A DNA stretch of 64,000 nt from Schizochytrium sp. TIO01 (taxonomy: Eukaryota; Protista; Bigyra: Labyrinthulomycetes): NCBI GenBank assembly GCA_004764695.1, contig SMSO01000035.1, positions 248,001 through 312,000 on the forward strand, in the 5' to 3' direction. Position 1 is the stretch's first letter. Each line of letters starts with the position of its first letter. Below are positions 45,797 to 57,136 of this stretch, piece after piece. The translations under genes were made by a program, and so were the position numbers. The notes below the pieces were generated by a model. That model saw only the letters and a list, made by a program, of their open reading frames with translations, was not told the DNA's origin and ran no database searches.

Positions 45797-48700
45797 TCAA
45801 AGCCGATCAAGACCAAGGCCTACGTGAAGAACCTTTTCCCGTTGAGGGTCTGGGAAGGCGAACTTTCGTATGAGAGAATCGAGCACACCCCGGGCACGAT
45901 CACAGTGAAAGCGAACAACCTTGTCTGTATCTTGATCTCCAATATCATTAATAATGTGCATGGCCTCACGAAGCTCGTGCGGAATTTCATGAAGTCCACG
46001 AGCATCTTCCATAGACGCTGCGCCTTCAATCATCTTCAGTAAGACATAAGCTGCGGCACGACGTGCAGAAACCTGTTTATCAAACGTCAAAGTACCCTTC
46101 GCAAGCGCAACTACACTGCTTGCGTACTTGAACGCAGCCCATGGGGCCTGAGCACTGACATCAGCCAAATTTGACAGACAACTCGTACGAAACATGGTCA
46201 AAAGCTCCTCTGGGGGTTTGATTTTTGCACTGGCTTTACGCTGCGCTGGGGTTCGATAGCGTCCCTGTTCGTCCACCTTGACGTTGGCAATGTTGTCAGA
46301 ACGGCCAGAAGCCCCATTGCAAAATGCAAGAATAAGTTGAGGCGCAAAAACAGGTAGCAGCTGCCCGGCACGTCGTGCAGAACTGGCTAAAGCCTCGCCA
46401 ATTCGAATCCGCACATTGATTGGTACCGACTCATCAAGGAAAAGGTTGATAAGTCTAGGAAACATTTGTTGTGGAAAACGTTCGCAAGCAAAACTTAACG
46501 CCTTCACGCAAATCAAATATACATACGAATCTTCGTCTTGAAGTGTCGAGACCAAAATATCCACAATCTCAATAAAATGAGCATCAGTCGGTTGCAAGAT
46601 CCCAGACAGGACACCACGGAGTTTGTCTAAGCCCATTGCACGGATTGGCGGATCCTTGCTGCGTAAATCTTGCTCAGCATCCGAAATTTTGTCACCCAAC
46701 GGATCAAATATATCAATGTCCTTATTGCCCTCTGCGAGCTGTTGGCGCCTTTCTTCACGTGCGTGTAAGAGTGACCATCGGGAAGCATCATTGCTTTGGT
46801 TTTGCTGTTCTGGATTAGTCAGAATTGCAACTCGCACAGCCGAAGCAAGTTCAGCAATTTCACTTGCCATACCTTGAATGGCCCCCTTTGCCTTGTTAAG
46901 GTAAACCTCAGTTGCTTCGTTGGCAGCCAGTGCTTGAGAATCAATAATTTGAGCGATAACAGTTTCATCATCCATTCGGCTAAGTGCCGAAAGCGGCGTC
47001 AAGAGCCGTTCAAGGACTTTGTAACGCGAAGGACCGTCCTTAGCGGACCACAAGTCTGCATTTGCTTCGCTCGATGCCAGACTAGCAGCCATAGCCAAAG
47101 CAACAGGTGCGAGGTCTAAGGCAAAAGCCCCACGAGCGCTTGCCTTCCCGGTCACAGGCTGCTCTGCCTCGTGCCGCCATAACCCGAGTGCTTGTGCACA
47201 ACCACTGAGCAGCTCACTAATACCATTAACTACAGCCTCGACATCAATGTATTGCTTCGAGAGGGCAAAATTAGCTTGGTTCTCTAAGAGACCCTGAATG
47301 AGCACTACGTCCGCCGCAACTTGCGGGTCAAGCTGACTTGATTCCCTTTCGAGGATGTGAGCCACGCCACGCAGAGCCTGTGCAAAAAGATGGTTTTGTA
47401 GTAAACGGGAGTTTTGATGATTTCGGACAAGCTTGATCACATAAGAAGACCGGTCCTCGGGATTCAAGTCTAAATATGCACTTTCAGCATCCTTGTCAAG
47501 ATTAAGCATCGGATCTCTGCTCTCACTTTGCGCGCTTGGCTCTCCCAAACTCTCTAAAAGGGATGGCCCACCGTCTTCACTTTTCCGCAATTTTAAACGA
47601 ATGCCATTTGGTCGTGCCGTCCAGCCAGGAGGTCCTGTAAAGGACGCAAATTTGCGAAGCAATTTGACCCCCACATCTGGGTCTGTGTGATCAAGCCAAA
47701 GCCTCACCAAAGCTTGGGTTTCGCCTTCCCCTCGACAGCTTTTCATAGACGTAAACCACCACAACTCAAGAATTAGCGGGATTACATCCGCGATGATTTG
47801 AACAAACTTGGGATCAGGAGGAGCTGCAGCAAGAAGAATTCGTACAAATTCCACAGCCTGAAGAATTGCAGTTTCATTCGCAGGTTCGCTCAATGTCTTG
47901 ACAAAAGGTTGCAGCACATGCTCGCGAACGATGTTTTCGTCTTCAACTACCAAGGAATTTACAGTCATAACAGCTGAGCGTCGTACTAATGCTCCTCTTT
48001 GCGTGTCGGCGTCTCGAAGACTTTCTCGAATGAGATCCACTAGTTGGTCGGCAATAGCCTTACGTCCTTCTGGCTTTTGAATGAGCAATTTAGACACTTG
48101 CTGAAACGCTTGGATGTTGCCGTGAGGTACATTGGTAAGCATTGTGGTCATCACGGCGAGGACTCCGCCTCGACGAGTCACTAGCTCGGAGAGTCTGCGT
48201 CCGAGTTTCGAACGCACCTCCCTTTGACGAACTGTTGTCACACCGTGCGTCTTAAGTGCCTGAGCATAACGAGCCTGGAGCTGTAATGCCCGAAGCATGC
48301 CCGAAACATGGTCTCGCGTGCTTTTCATGTCTGGCAAAATAGTTTCGTTCAGGGCCTCTGATATGAGGCATCTGTCTCCGAGGTACCGATCTTGCAAGAA
48401 ATGAGCAAATGCTCTGCACGTGCACAGGCCCTCCAACACTGCATGAGCTCCTCGTGCGAGGCTTTCATCGCAGAGCTTGACTTGAAAACCTTGATTCTTT
48501 ATACTGTCCTCTAAGCGAAGAGATTTCGCAGAATCCCTTGCCATAGACCAATCCCGGCATTTGGGTTTAGCTCCGAAGATTTCTTGCCCAGATCCCAGGG
48601 CAAGGTAAGGGTATACTACCCAGCACAAGAGACATTCCAAGACTATTTGTACATTAAGTTGATGCGCAACGCTCACCATGGTGGCTGGGTCTGGGGGCCT

Positions 48701-48913
48701 TTCAGGCCCTGATTGGGCAACACGTTTTTCTGCGGTGTCGGAGTGCCCTTGTCCATCACCATTTTCACCATCTTTACTAGGCTCGGTCTCAAGCGAATTG
48801 CGAAGGTCGATTTCTTCCCGCAGTAGTTTAATGAACTCAGCACAGTGGCTATGAAGGTCTTCCAAAGAAGCGTAAGCCGCCTCTGTGCGCACGAAGGAGA
48901 TAGCAGACTCCAT
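45797..48913 (-). CDS. TANGO6: TANGO6 / Rtp1 homolog (HEAT-repeat RNA polymerase II assembly/import factor)
   Basis: 1038-aa helical protein with C-terminal DLRSKDPPIRAMGL, TLQDEDSYVYL..VKAL, RIRIGEAL, RTSCLSNL and RRAAA motifs of the RTP1_C region. Confidence 0.72.
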   Translation of the reverse strand: MESAISFVRTEAAYASLEDLHSHCAEFIKLLREEIDLRNSLETEPSKDGENGDGQGHSDTAEKRVAQSGPERPPDPATMVSVAHQLNVQIVLECLLCWVVYPYLALGSGQEIFGAKPKCRDWSMARDSAKSLRLEDSIKNQGFQVKLCDESLARGAHAVLEGLCTCRAFAHFLQDRYLGDRCLISEALNETILPDMKSTRDHVSGMLRALQLQARYAQALKTHGVTTVRQREVRSKLGRRLSELVTRRGGVLAVMTTMLTNVPHGNIQAFQQVSKLLIQKPEGRKAIADQLVDLIRESLRDADTQRGALVRRSAVMTVNSLVVEDENIVREHVLQPFVKTLSEPANETAILQAVEFVRILLAAAPPDPKFVQIIADVIPLILELWWFTSMKSCRGEGETQALVRLWLDHTDPDVGVKLLRKFASFTGPPGWTARPNGIRLKLRKSEDGGPSLLESLGEPSAQSESRDPMLNLDKDAESAYLDLNPEDRSSYVIKLVRNHQNSRLLQNHLFAQALRGVAHILERESSQLDPQVAADVVLIQGLLENQANFALSKQYIDVEAVVNGISELLSGCAQALGLWRHEAEQPVTGKASARGAFALDLAPVALAMAASLASSEANADLWSAKDGPSRYKVLERLLTPLSALSRMDDETVIAQIIDSQALAANEATEVYLNKAKGAIQGMASEIAELASAVRVAILTNPEQQNQSNDASRWSLLHAREERRQQLAEGNKDIDIFDPLGDKISDAEQDLRSKDPPIRAMGLDKLRGVLSGILQPTDAHFIEIVDILVSTLQDEDSYVYLICVKALSFACERFPQQMFPRLINLFLDESVPINVRIRIGEALASSARRAGQLLPVFAPQLILAFCNGASGRSDNIANVKVDEQGRYRTPAQRKASAKIKPPEELLTMFRTSCLSNLADVSAQAPWAAFKYASSVVALAKGTLTFDKQVSARRAAAYVLLKMIEGAASMEDARGLHEIPHELREAMHIINDIGDQDTDKVVRFHCDRARGVLDSLIRKFAFPDPQREKVLHVGLGLDRL

Positions 48914-49426
48914 CGCGAGTTTCGGGTCTGCTGTGCTCTATTCCCTTTTTTTTTTTTTCCTTTTTTTTTCTTTTCTTGTTAGTGGTTAGAAGGAGATGGA
49001 GATTCTCGAATATCGATATTCCTTGATAAAATCAGGAGCTTTGCTCATCTGCTAGAGCATGGAATAAATCAAAACGAGTTCATGACGGTACACAAGGATA
49101 CTTCGGATAAAGACTGGATTTCTGAGTTTGGGAGGAGATAGATATCATATAGATATAGCAAGGATAATTTTTACTCGGGAAGGGAAATAATTATTTTGTG
49201 TTAGTCCGGAACAAGGTTGGACGATGATCGGTATGCTTGAAGATGCATCTCCGAAAATCTATCTAACAAGCAGATTGAGGATTTGATGTTCGTCTCATTT
49301 GTCGCATGTATGAGATTAAAAGGATGCAAAGCCTAGATTACTAAACTTATTTTAAAAAAAAAAAGGATTCAGTGACACGAAGTTTGTAAATTTCATTCTT
49401 TGAGGACATGCATGGCACGGTTTACG

Positions 49427-50716
49427 CTATTTCTTTCGATCTGCACGCTTGCGTGCAAGACCATCATGAAGGCGCTGGGCAAGCTTTCCTTTGTGCGTTG
49501 ATTGGAAAGAAGTAGTGCCTATAATGTTTTCAACCTGTACTGTGTTCTGGCCGAAGAACTTGCGTGTTTCTTTAGGTGTATCAAAAACCTCGAAAGCTCG
49601 CCAGCTTGGGTGAGAATGTTGCACAAATGCAAATGTTTTGCGAGAGATGATGTGGTGGTCAGCCCGGAACTCTAATATAGATCGAGTTGCCATGTCGACA
49701 TGTAGAGTGCGTTGAGCTAAAGACTGTAAAAAGTAGCAGTAGTTGTTTTCATCAAGTTTGGAAACGAACATGTCCGCAAGAAGGAACAATGAAGCTGCAA
49801 GCTTAGCAAACTGCAATGTATCCTCACCTTGAGCATCAATCTCCCAGTCCCGTTCGGCAAGCTCGTAACCGTAGCCATCGTCAAAATGGCCCAGGACGGC
49901 AATCTGCAATTTCCGATTGAGAAGTAGATATCCGTCTCGCGTCAAAGTGTTATTGTCATCAATATCGGCAGCTAGCCAGAAGAGTGTCACCAAGGCGTTA
50001 AAACGGGGTGATGTGCGAATGGACTCCCGAGTCAAGATAGCCCGATCAGACGAGTAGGCTTTGCTAAGCGGAGCCCGTTTTTCTTTTAGCAGGTGCTCAT
50101 TCTCTTGAACAAAGTGTTGGATTACCTGCTGAACGACCCTGATACGAGGGCGGGAACCAAATAGAGCAAGAACATCACTATCGAACGTTTGGTCATGCTG
50201 TTTCAGATCCTCAAATGTAAGTTTCTTTTTGGGGGATTTTATAAAATCTGCGTTTAATGATGCTAGCCATTCTGGAGCTTCTCTACTTGGTGCGCTCCCA
50301 TTGGCATCCACATCAAGACGCAAGAGGTCTGCAAACTCAAGCCCTAATACGCTTCGTCGCGTTAGGAAGGGCTCCCACTCACTTTCTCCACTTTGCAGTC
50401 TTGGTAAAGTCGGTTTAAGCTCAAAGAGGCCACACAAGCTACCCTGGCGCAATTGCTTCTCCATTTGCTTGCGTCTAGCCTCGGCAGCACGCCTTGCGTT
50501 CTCCTCTTCCTGCTCCTTGGCAGCTTTGCTCGATGCCAAAACAGCAGCTTTTCGAGCTGTTGTTGTGCGCAGAAACAGAGCTGTCGGCCCGAGTTCCTCG
50601 TAAATCTCCTGCGGACTTTTGTCCATTCCTTTGGACTCCTCGTCACCGTCGAAACTATCCTCATGGCGGCTCATGTTGCGGAGGAGACCCCCACCAGACG
50701 CAAAAGCATCAGCCAT
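49427..50716 (-). CDS. Uncharacterised EF-hand-containing protein
   Basis: 429-aa ATG ORF; EF-loop DIDDNNTLTRDGY followed by degenerate DWEIDAQGEDTLQF and SLFLLAD. Confidence 0.65.
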   Translation of the reverse strand: MADAFASGGGLLRNMSRHEDSFDGDEESKGMDKSPQEIYEELGPTALFLRTTTARKAAVLASSKAAKEQEEENARRAAEARRKQMEKQLRQGSLCGLFELKPTLPRLQSGESEWEPFLTRRSVLGLEFADLLRLDVDANGSAPSREAPEWLASLNADFIKSPKKKLTFEDLKQHDQTFDSDVLALFGSRPRIRVVQQVIQHFVQENEHLLKEKRAPLSKAYSSDRAILTRESIRTSPRFNALVTLFWLAADIDDNNTLTRDGYLLLNRKLQIAVLGHFDDGYGYELAERDWEIDAQGEDTLQFAKLAASLFLLADMFVSKLDENNYCYFLQSLAQRTLHVDMATRSILEFRADHHIISRKTFAFVQHSHPSWRAFEVFDTPKETRKFFGQNTVQVENIIGTTSFQSTHKGKLAQRLHDGLARKRADRKK

Positions 50717-51483
50717 GATCGTGTTTTAAGATTCCCACAAGTACGAACCTCAGACACGTGGCTCTAACTTGCGTACCTTGAGCAAGCTACCAAGCAAGCA
50801 GTATCCCCCTTCTCCAAGCGTTTTTTACCGTGCAGCTCGCAGCACGTTTTCCAACTTCGTGCAAACCTTCTTGGCACTGACAGTGTCGTCCCTGCTAAGC
50901 TAACTCCACCTCAACAAGTCTGCCAATCTCAGCGAAAATATCGACCTCGATTATGTCAAGGTCCAGCTCTGCAGAACTCCGCGCAGCAAGAACTTAGCTC
51001 TGGAGTCCATATCCGTAAACCACCATCGTCCTCCGCGCGGTACACACTCTTATACTGGGGACTACATGAGGACTTGGTGAGGACTCTATGTCTAGGGAAC
51101 CCGCACCACCTTAATTATGTTTCGAGAGATTAAGGAGGGTTTTCTAGCCACCCAGACTCTGAGGTCTTCCTTCACGCCAGTCCTGTGTCAGAGCCGTGTT
51201 CGGAGCACGCGAGACTCAGCGCCTGGGTTTGCTTGGCGCTAGTCAAGCTGGTTTGGGGTTTGACTTGATCCTTTCTTGGCGATTCGTTTCGATTCGTCTC
51301 TCCGAAGCTCCCTGCATTTGTCTGGTTTGAGTTGTTCTGCGAATTGAACGCGTAGAGCACTTCGTTCGAGAGGCCATATACTACTGCGCCTCCACGCCTG
51401 AAGGCTTGAGACAAAACATCTTTTATTCTATTGGGGTGACTCGTGTAACTTGGTGAGGCAACTTTGAATTGATTACTTTCAAC

Positions 51484-52328
51484 ATGGGTCGTGTTAGTAG
51501 GTACAAACGTGAAAAGAAGACGTTCGATGTGGACAACCTCTTCTCAAACAACAGCTCTCGGGACGACCCTCTGAGCAAAAAATCAACGCGCCTTCGAGGC
51601 AAAGATGCCAAAGCTGCTCGTGGCAAGCTTCTTCGCAAGTTTGATGCGGATGGAAAGCAAATCGATCCCCCTAAGAAGCGTGAAAATGAGGCTTCAGGTG
51701 CAGCGACGTCCAAGAAACGCAAGAGCCCTAGCGATGCCAACGAAACGGCAAAGACGGAAAGACTGAGATGGATCGCGCAGGATTTAAGATTGATGGTCGT
51801 CGTGCTGGCGAATCTTACAAAGATTTTATCGGCCGCGTAAACAGAGAAACTCAAGAAGAGCTGACTCGGCAGCGCAAAAGCTCATCGAAGACGGCTGCTA
51901 AAGGCAAGGCTTATTTGCGTCGTCGTAAAGAGAAGGAACGCGAAAAGAAGGAGGCTAAGCGCCGTGAACGTGAAGGCGATATGGAGGATAAGGAACGTGA
52001 AATTTACAAGCAGGATGACCGTAACAAGCGTCGCAGAGTTAACGATGTTGCCGATGCCCCCCCTGAGTTTGAGGCTGCGCATGAACTTCGGAAGCGCAAG
52101 TCCAACCCTTCAACCAACCGTGATCGATTCGCTAAGCTCAGCTTTTCAGTGCCGTCAGCTTCTGGCTCAAGTAGTACTAGCAGTGGAGCTGGTGCTGGCA
52201 ACGGATCGAAGAGCGACCGCCAGAGATCTGACTATGAGAAGCTCCAATTGCAGCAGATGAGGGAGCAAGTGCAAGCACGGTACAGTGAGATTCGTCAGCG
52301 TCGCCGGGATGCCTCGAGCCTGAAATAA
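51484..52328 (+). CDS. CCDC137-like basic coiled-coil (nucleolar-type) protein; -1 frameshift near 51743-51745
   Basis: Two overlapping ORFs join if one A is added (GAAAC to GAAAAC). Motifs RRAGESYKDFIGRV, NDVADAPPEF and REQVQARY resemble CCDC137. Confidence 0.6.
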
Positions 52329-54109
52329 GGCACAGCTTTCTATTTCGTAGACGTTGCGTAGGACCTCACATTTCCTTCAATATCTGCATCATAGTCCTCT
52401 ACTCCAAAAACAATAGCGACGACACCTTTCTCTTACTTCCGCATAACAACCACAATCATAGGTTTAAAGACCTATAGGGGAGAATCAAGCATGCTTTTCA
52501 TTAATAACTTCGTTCCCTGCAATACCTATTTTAGGTTATTTGTCAGAATCCCGTTCTACGCATCTTTAGCTTTCCCCAAACAAGCGAGTTAATGCTTCAC
52601 ATGAGTAGCGCGATAATTACTTGTTCAGTCAAAAACAGCCAATTCCCCGTGTGCTTAATTATTGGTTTGCAGTATTTTATTGTCCCATGGGTACATGTGT
52701 TTGGTTATCAAGCTGGTTACATTGGTACGTGCAAGGTCTGCATCCTCTCCTAATATTCATGTATTTTCCAAATTCGTCTCACCAGCGATTCTTCTATCAT
52801 GCGTTGATTCGTCCCCCCATTAATCATTCAAGTTCATTTACAGCTTTTAGTTTGAATTGTTTGGTTTTGCTACTCATAAAAAAGTGATAAACAACTATTC
52901 TTCAAATCTTTTTGCAAGAGCCTTTAAAGGGTTGAATTCCCCTCCTGATAATGCACATGTGGCCTAATCTCGGTTGTGGCTCTTTACTCCCCGCAGAATT
53001 GCTATGCTCATTTGTAAAATAAATGGCACGTACTGCATACTGTGCACGAGCATGGCGTCGTGCATTGCGGCAACCCTCACGGCTTGGAATCAGTTAATCC
53101 TGTTGAATGACTCTAGTTTGGCGAAGCACAAGACAAGCTAAGTGCACTAGACCACGCGCCTTTTCAAGGTGGATTTGCATTCATGCAATATTAGCATCGC
53201 TTAAGCTAAGAAATACTCTCAAATGCTACAGACCCGTCACATCTAACGTGTCTTGCTGATTCTTCTCTCTGGGACTGAATTCCTGAGTACTTGAGTGCCT
53301 TTCCTCAGAAACCGATTGTCTGTCTCCATGGTTTGACACTATTTCCGCTGCGTCTGCAGCGACAATTTTTCCTATGCCACGGCAGGAGAATTGGAAACGT
53401 GTATTGCCCTGAGCTGCAGCGCTGCATCTCTCGCCAGGCATGCCTTCAGAATGCTAATTAGAAGATCTCTGTGCTTTCCTCTTACTATTTACTACCTACT
53501 GCTTCTTCCGCTTAGTCTCCATATTGCGTGCAACTTTCAACGACTTTGACAGACCGCATCTACGGCCCTCAGACCTGTGAATCTTGCCCAATAATGGGTC
53601 CTTTCCTGATATTTCAAAAGCATCATCTCGCAGACACTCTTTTCTCTGCATTTATCCCTTCTCCTTCAGCTTTGCGCGCTTACAAACCATTCTGGGCAGC
53701 TTCTTCGCGTGCATTCCACTCCGGCTTTTGCATCTTGGCCCTCCGCTTGAAACGCTCAGGCCATATTACCCGACCCGGGGTACGGTAAAATTAAGTATGC
53801 ATTCAATACAGAGGTATCGTACACGTGGTCTGGTGGGATAGGAATGCGAGGTCTATTTCTGGCCAGTGAGCAGAGACAAAAATGAAAAGCGATCATCCAA
53901 CAAGACACCAAAAGGCGATCAATCGCTCCAGCGACAGCGCCCACGATCGACCAGTCGCTGCCCGGGCTGGGGACCGCTCCGCTGGTCACCCAGGAACTCA
54001 AGGAGCCCAGGAGAACCCTCGGGGGCCCGCGCAGCGCTCTCCGCGGCCGCGACCGAGGCCAAGACGCAAGACCTGCGAGGCCGGGTCCGAGACCTTGCTT
54101 GGCCACCTT

Positions 54110-54135
54110 CATTTCTTTCATTTCTTTCATTTCAT

Positions 54136-54175
<40 letters not shown>

Positions 54176-54177
54176 TC
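54110..54177. repeat. (TTTC)n microsatellite followed by a (TA)n tract
   Basis: Read directly. Confidence 0.9.
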
Positions 54178-54403
54178 ACTTATATATATATAATATAAGG
54201 GAGGAAGGAGAAGTAGATAGACCTCATAGTAGAGTGTAATTGGCGGTCATTTGGGCTCCACTGGCCAGCGTCGTGTTGGGCTTTGTGGATCGCGTGGGCT
54301 TGCAAGAAGGTCGAGTTTTGTGGCGTGAGGATAAAACAGTTACTGTCGTTGGCGGCGTGGTGGTGGTGATTGCAGACATTTTGCACAAGGCTCTGGTGCC
54401 GAG

Positions 54404-56443
54404 ATGGAGGTGTCTGGAGAGCTCGAGTGCTCCAGGTGCGCTGTGTTGAGGCCCCGGAGCAGCTATTCGAAGACGCAGCTTAAGAAACGCGACGAAAGAA
54501 AATGCAGGCAGTGCGTGCAGACGACCGCTGTGGAAAACTTAGAGTCAAGCAAGCAGCTTTCTGTTGTTAAGCAGCAAAAACCTTTGGCGGAGTCCAACAA
54601 GAGCTCGGAGGCTAAGACGGAAAAATTGGAGGTCAAGAAAAATACCAAGAACAAAAAGGCGCAGGCAAACGCTGACGTCGAAGACTCCCCTGTGTCCACG
54701 AGCCAGACCCAAGACTTTGATTCGGACTCTTCACTTTCAGCTTCTGAAAACAAGCCCACGCTGATTGCGAAAGTTCACCTCGCCAAAACAACGCCGGCTG
54801 CAGCTGCTCATGGAGAAGAAGACCAAAGCGAGAAGATAAAGGTAAAGGCATCTTCTTCTACAGCCCCGACTTTGGGCAAAACTGGTTCTGTTACTAAACA
54901 AGGTGCAGCCAAGAACACTCTTTCGACCACTGCGAAAGAGACTGCAAGAGATGAGAAAGGTAGCTCTTCTGGGGCAGATGAACTTGCACTTCGCAAAAAA
55001 ATCTACCGAGGTATTATTGAGACACACGGGCCGAATTTGGATAAGTTAGCACGACTCAAATTAAAAAAGTTTGCAGCCACGCTCACCACGGAAAAACTGA
55101 TGCTGTTTGCTCGAAAATTGAACGCAAATTCCTTCGAAGACGCCGAAGATGGCGAAAATGAAAAGCCAATCTCAAAAAGTGATACCAGAACGTCAAGCAA
55201 GACCGGTGGAGAGAGGAAAATGGGTTCTAGCGGCAACAATTCCACTGAAGCGCCTACGATAAAAATGAAAAAAGACATGGAGAAGACAAGGACAACCCAA
55301 TCAAAGGAAGGCCAAGGAAAGAACCCTCCTGCAGACTCTGAGATCACAGAAGAGAGTAAGGATGCAAAGCCCACGCTCAGATCACAAGCCATCAAGCTAC
55401 TAAAGGAGAGCGGGTTTTCTAAAACAGAACGTCTAAGGCTTCTTACCAAATATAAAGGACAATCGCGAAAATTAATACGTAAGCTGCAAGCCGGAAAGAC
55501 CGGAAGTGGAGAGGAAGCACACAAGAAAGAAAACAAGAAGTCGTCTACAAAGCCTACCAAAAGCATGGAACCAGACCAAAGCGAGGAGGAGGAGGAATCT
55601 GAAGAAGAGATGGAGCTTTCCCGCAAACAGCTTAAGAAACTAAAACAAAAGCAAGCTGCGCTTGAAAAAGAAAAGTCAGCCAAGTCTCAGCCGTTGATTT
55701 GTGATAAATGTGATGGCAAACATGAAACCTCCTCATGCCCTCATTACAAGAAGCCCCGTGAGAAGCACCCCGATGCCCAACGCCGCAAGGCCATGGCTGG
55801 CCTAGGTGGAGCTGGTGGAAATATGTTTGTTTCACAAAAGGATGCACGAGTATATCCCCAGCCTGGCGATGGAAGTTGTCTCTACCATTCGATGTTTAGA
55901 GGCCTGCGCGGGAAAGGCCCCTCCTCCACGCATGCACTTCGACAAGCCTTGGCTCGCTGGGTACGCAATAACGCTCACGTCAAGATTGCTGATACTCCTG
56001 TAAACGAATGGGTTCGTTGGGATGCTCAATGCTCAGTGGAAGCCTATTGCCGACGAATGCAGAGTTTTGCTTGGGGCGGAGGTATTGAGATGGCTGCATT
56101 CTCTCGACTTTTTAATATCCAAGTAGATGTTTACGAGCGTACGCGCGGCGGCTACAAGCGCATTTCATGCTTTTTGGCACCAGGCAAACCTGAACGTTGC
56201 ATCAGCGTGCTTTACTGTGGAGGTATCCACTATGATGCGATCGAAATCACTGGTGCGAAACAAAAGCTACCTAGCTCCTCCTCAATGATGACCTCTACAA
56301 AGTCGTCCAGAATGGATATCGCACCTCGCCAATTGAAACACAAGCTGAAGAGCGATCAACATGATCGCTTCAAGAAGATGAAAACTTTTGGTGGTGCGAA
56401 CAAGAATCGCGGCAACATCCGTGGCCGCCGCTCGAAATGGTAA
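54404..56443 (+). CDS. OTU-family cysteine protease (deubiquitinase) with N-terminal Stc1-like C4 zinc finger and a CCHC zinc knuckle
   Basis: OTU boxes PGDGSCLYHS, WGGGIEMAA and GGIHYD; N-terminal CSRC..RSSYSKTQLKK...KCRQC; CDKCDGKHETSSC knuckle at about 55700-55738; K/E/S-rich linker. Confidence 0.82.
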   Translation: MEVSGELECSRCAVLRPRSSYSKTQLKKRDERKCRQCVQTTAVENLESSKQLSVVKQQKPLAESNKSSEAKTEKLEVKKNTKNKKAQANADVEDSPVSTSQTQDFDSDSSLSASENKPTLIAKVHLAKTTPAAAAHGEEDQSEKIKVKASSSTAPTLGKTGSVTKQGAAKNTLSTTAKETARDEKGSSSGADELALRKKIYRGIIETHGPNLDKLARLKLKKFAATLTTEKLMLFARKLNANSFEDAEDGENEKPISKSDTRTSSKTGGERKMGSSGNNSTEAPTIKMKKDMEKTRTTQSKEGQGKNPPADSEITEESKDAKPTLRSQAIKLLKESGFSKTERLRLLTKYKGQSRKLIRKLQAGKTGSGEEAHKKENKKSSTKPTKSMEPDQSEEEEESEEEMELSRKQLKKLKQKQAALEKEKSAKSQPLICDKCDGKHETSSCPHYKKPREKHPDAQRRKAMAGLGGAGGNMFVSQKDARVYPQPGDGSCLYHSMFRGLRGKGPSSTHALRQALARWVRNNAHVKIADTPVNEWVRWDAQCSVEAYCRRMQSFAWGGGIEMAAFSRLFNIQVDVYERTRGGYKRISCFLAPGKPERCISVLYCGGIHYDAIEITGAKQKLPSSSSMMTSTKSSRMDIAPRQLKHKLKSDQHDRFKKMKTFGGANKNRGNIRGRRSKW

Positions 56444-57104
56444 AAACCTGTCGTAATTGACAGTAAACCTGTGGCACCCTTTTTTAGGTTAGCTCTGATG
56501 AACTAGTTTTGCAACCCTTGCTTAACCATACTTGAGCGTCGACGAAATGTCAACGAACAAAAAACACAAAAAACTGAAGAATTGTCAGTCTTTCTAGTAT
56601 GTCTTCGACACAATAGTATGAATTGCATGCTTCCAAATGCGAGCAAGTCACCAACTTCTTGTTCTGTAAGCGAGAATAAATTGAGGATATAGCCAACCCA
56701 TGGTTTGTGTGCGAGTGGTGGCTTTTGTAAAAGGCATTCTTTTTCAACTCGAAAGAGAATACCAAAAGTTGTTGCATTTTACAACACTGACGGTCCTGCT
56801 AGAAAATGAAACTTATAAGTAAACTTGATAAAACACCGCGCTCGAACACTTGCTAGTGAAGTGAATGATGGTGCATTTAGACGATATTTTATTTCCCGTG
56901 CGAGTCTAGAACCTCGCTCGTCACGCTAGATTCTAAAAAGCAGGGCCACTACGGAGGATTATGTTCACTGTACCACAAGGCTGTTATTGTATTGTTCACT
57001 AGTCATGACGATTTATGTTCTACCCATTAAACTGTAAGGGCAAGCAATCACTTTCATACGAAAGTAAAATAATTTTTTTAGGAAAAATAGAAAGTGCTTG
57101 ATAA

Positions 57105-57108
<4 letters not shown>

Positions 57109-57136
<28 letters not shown>
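57109..57136. repeat. (AT)n microsatellite
   Basis: Read directly. Confidence 0.9.
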
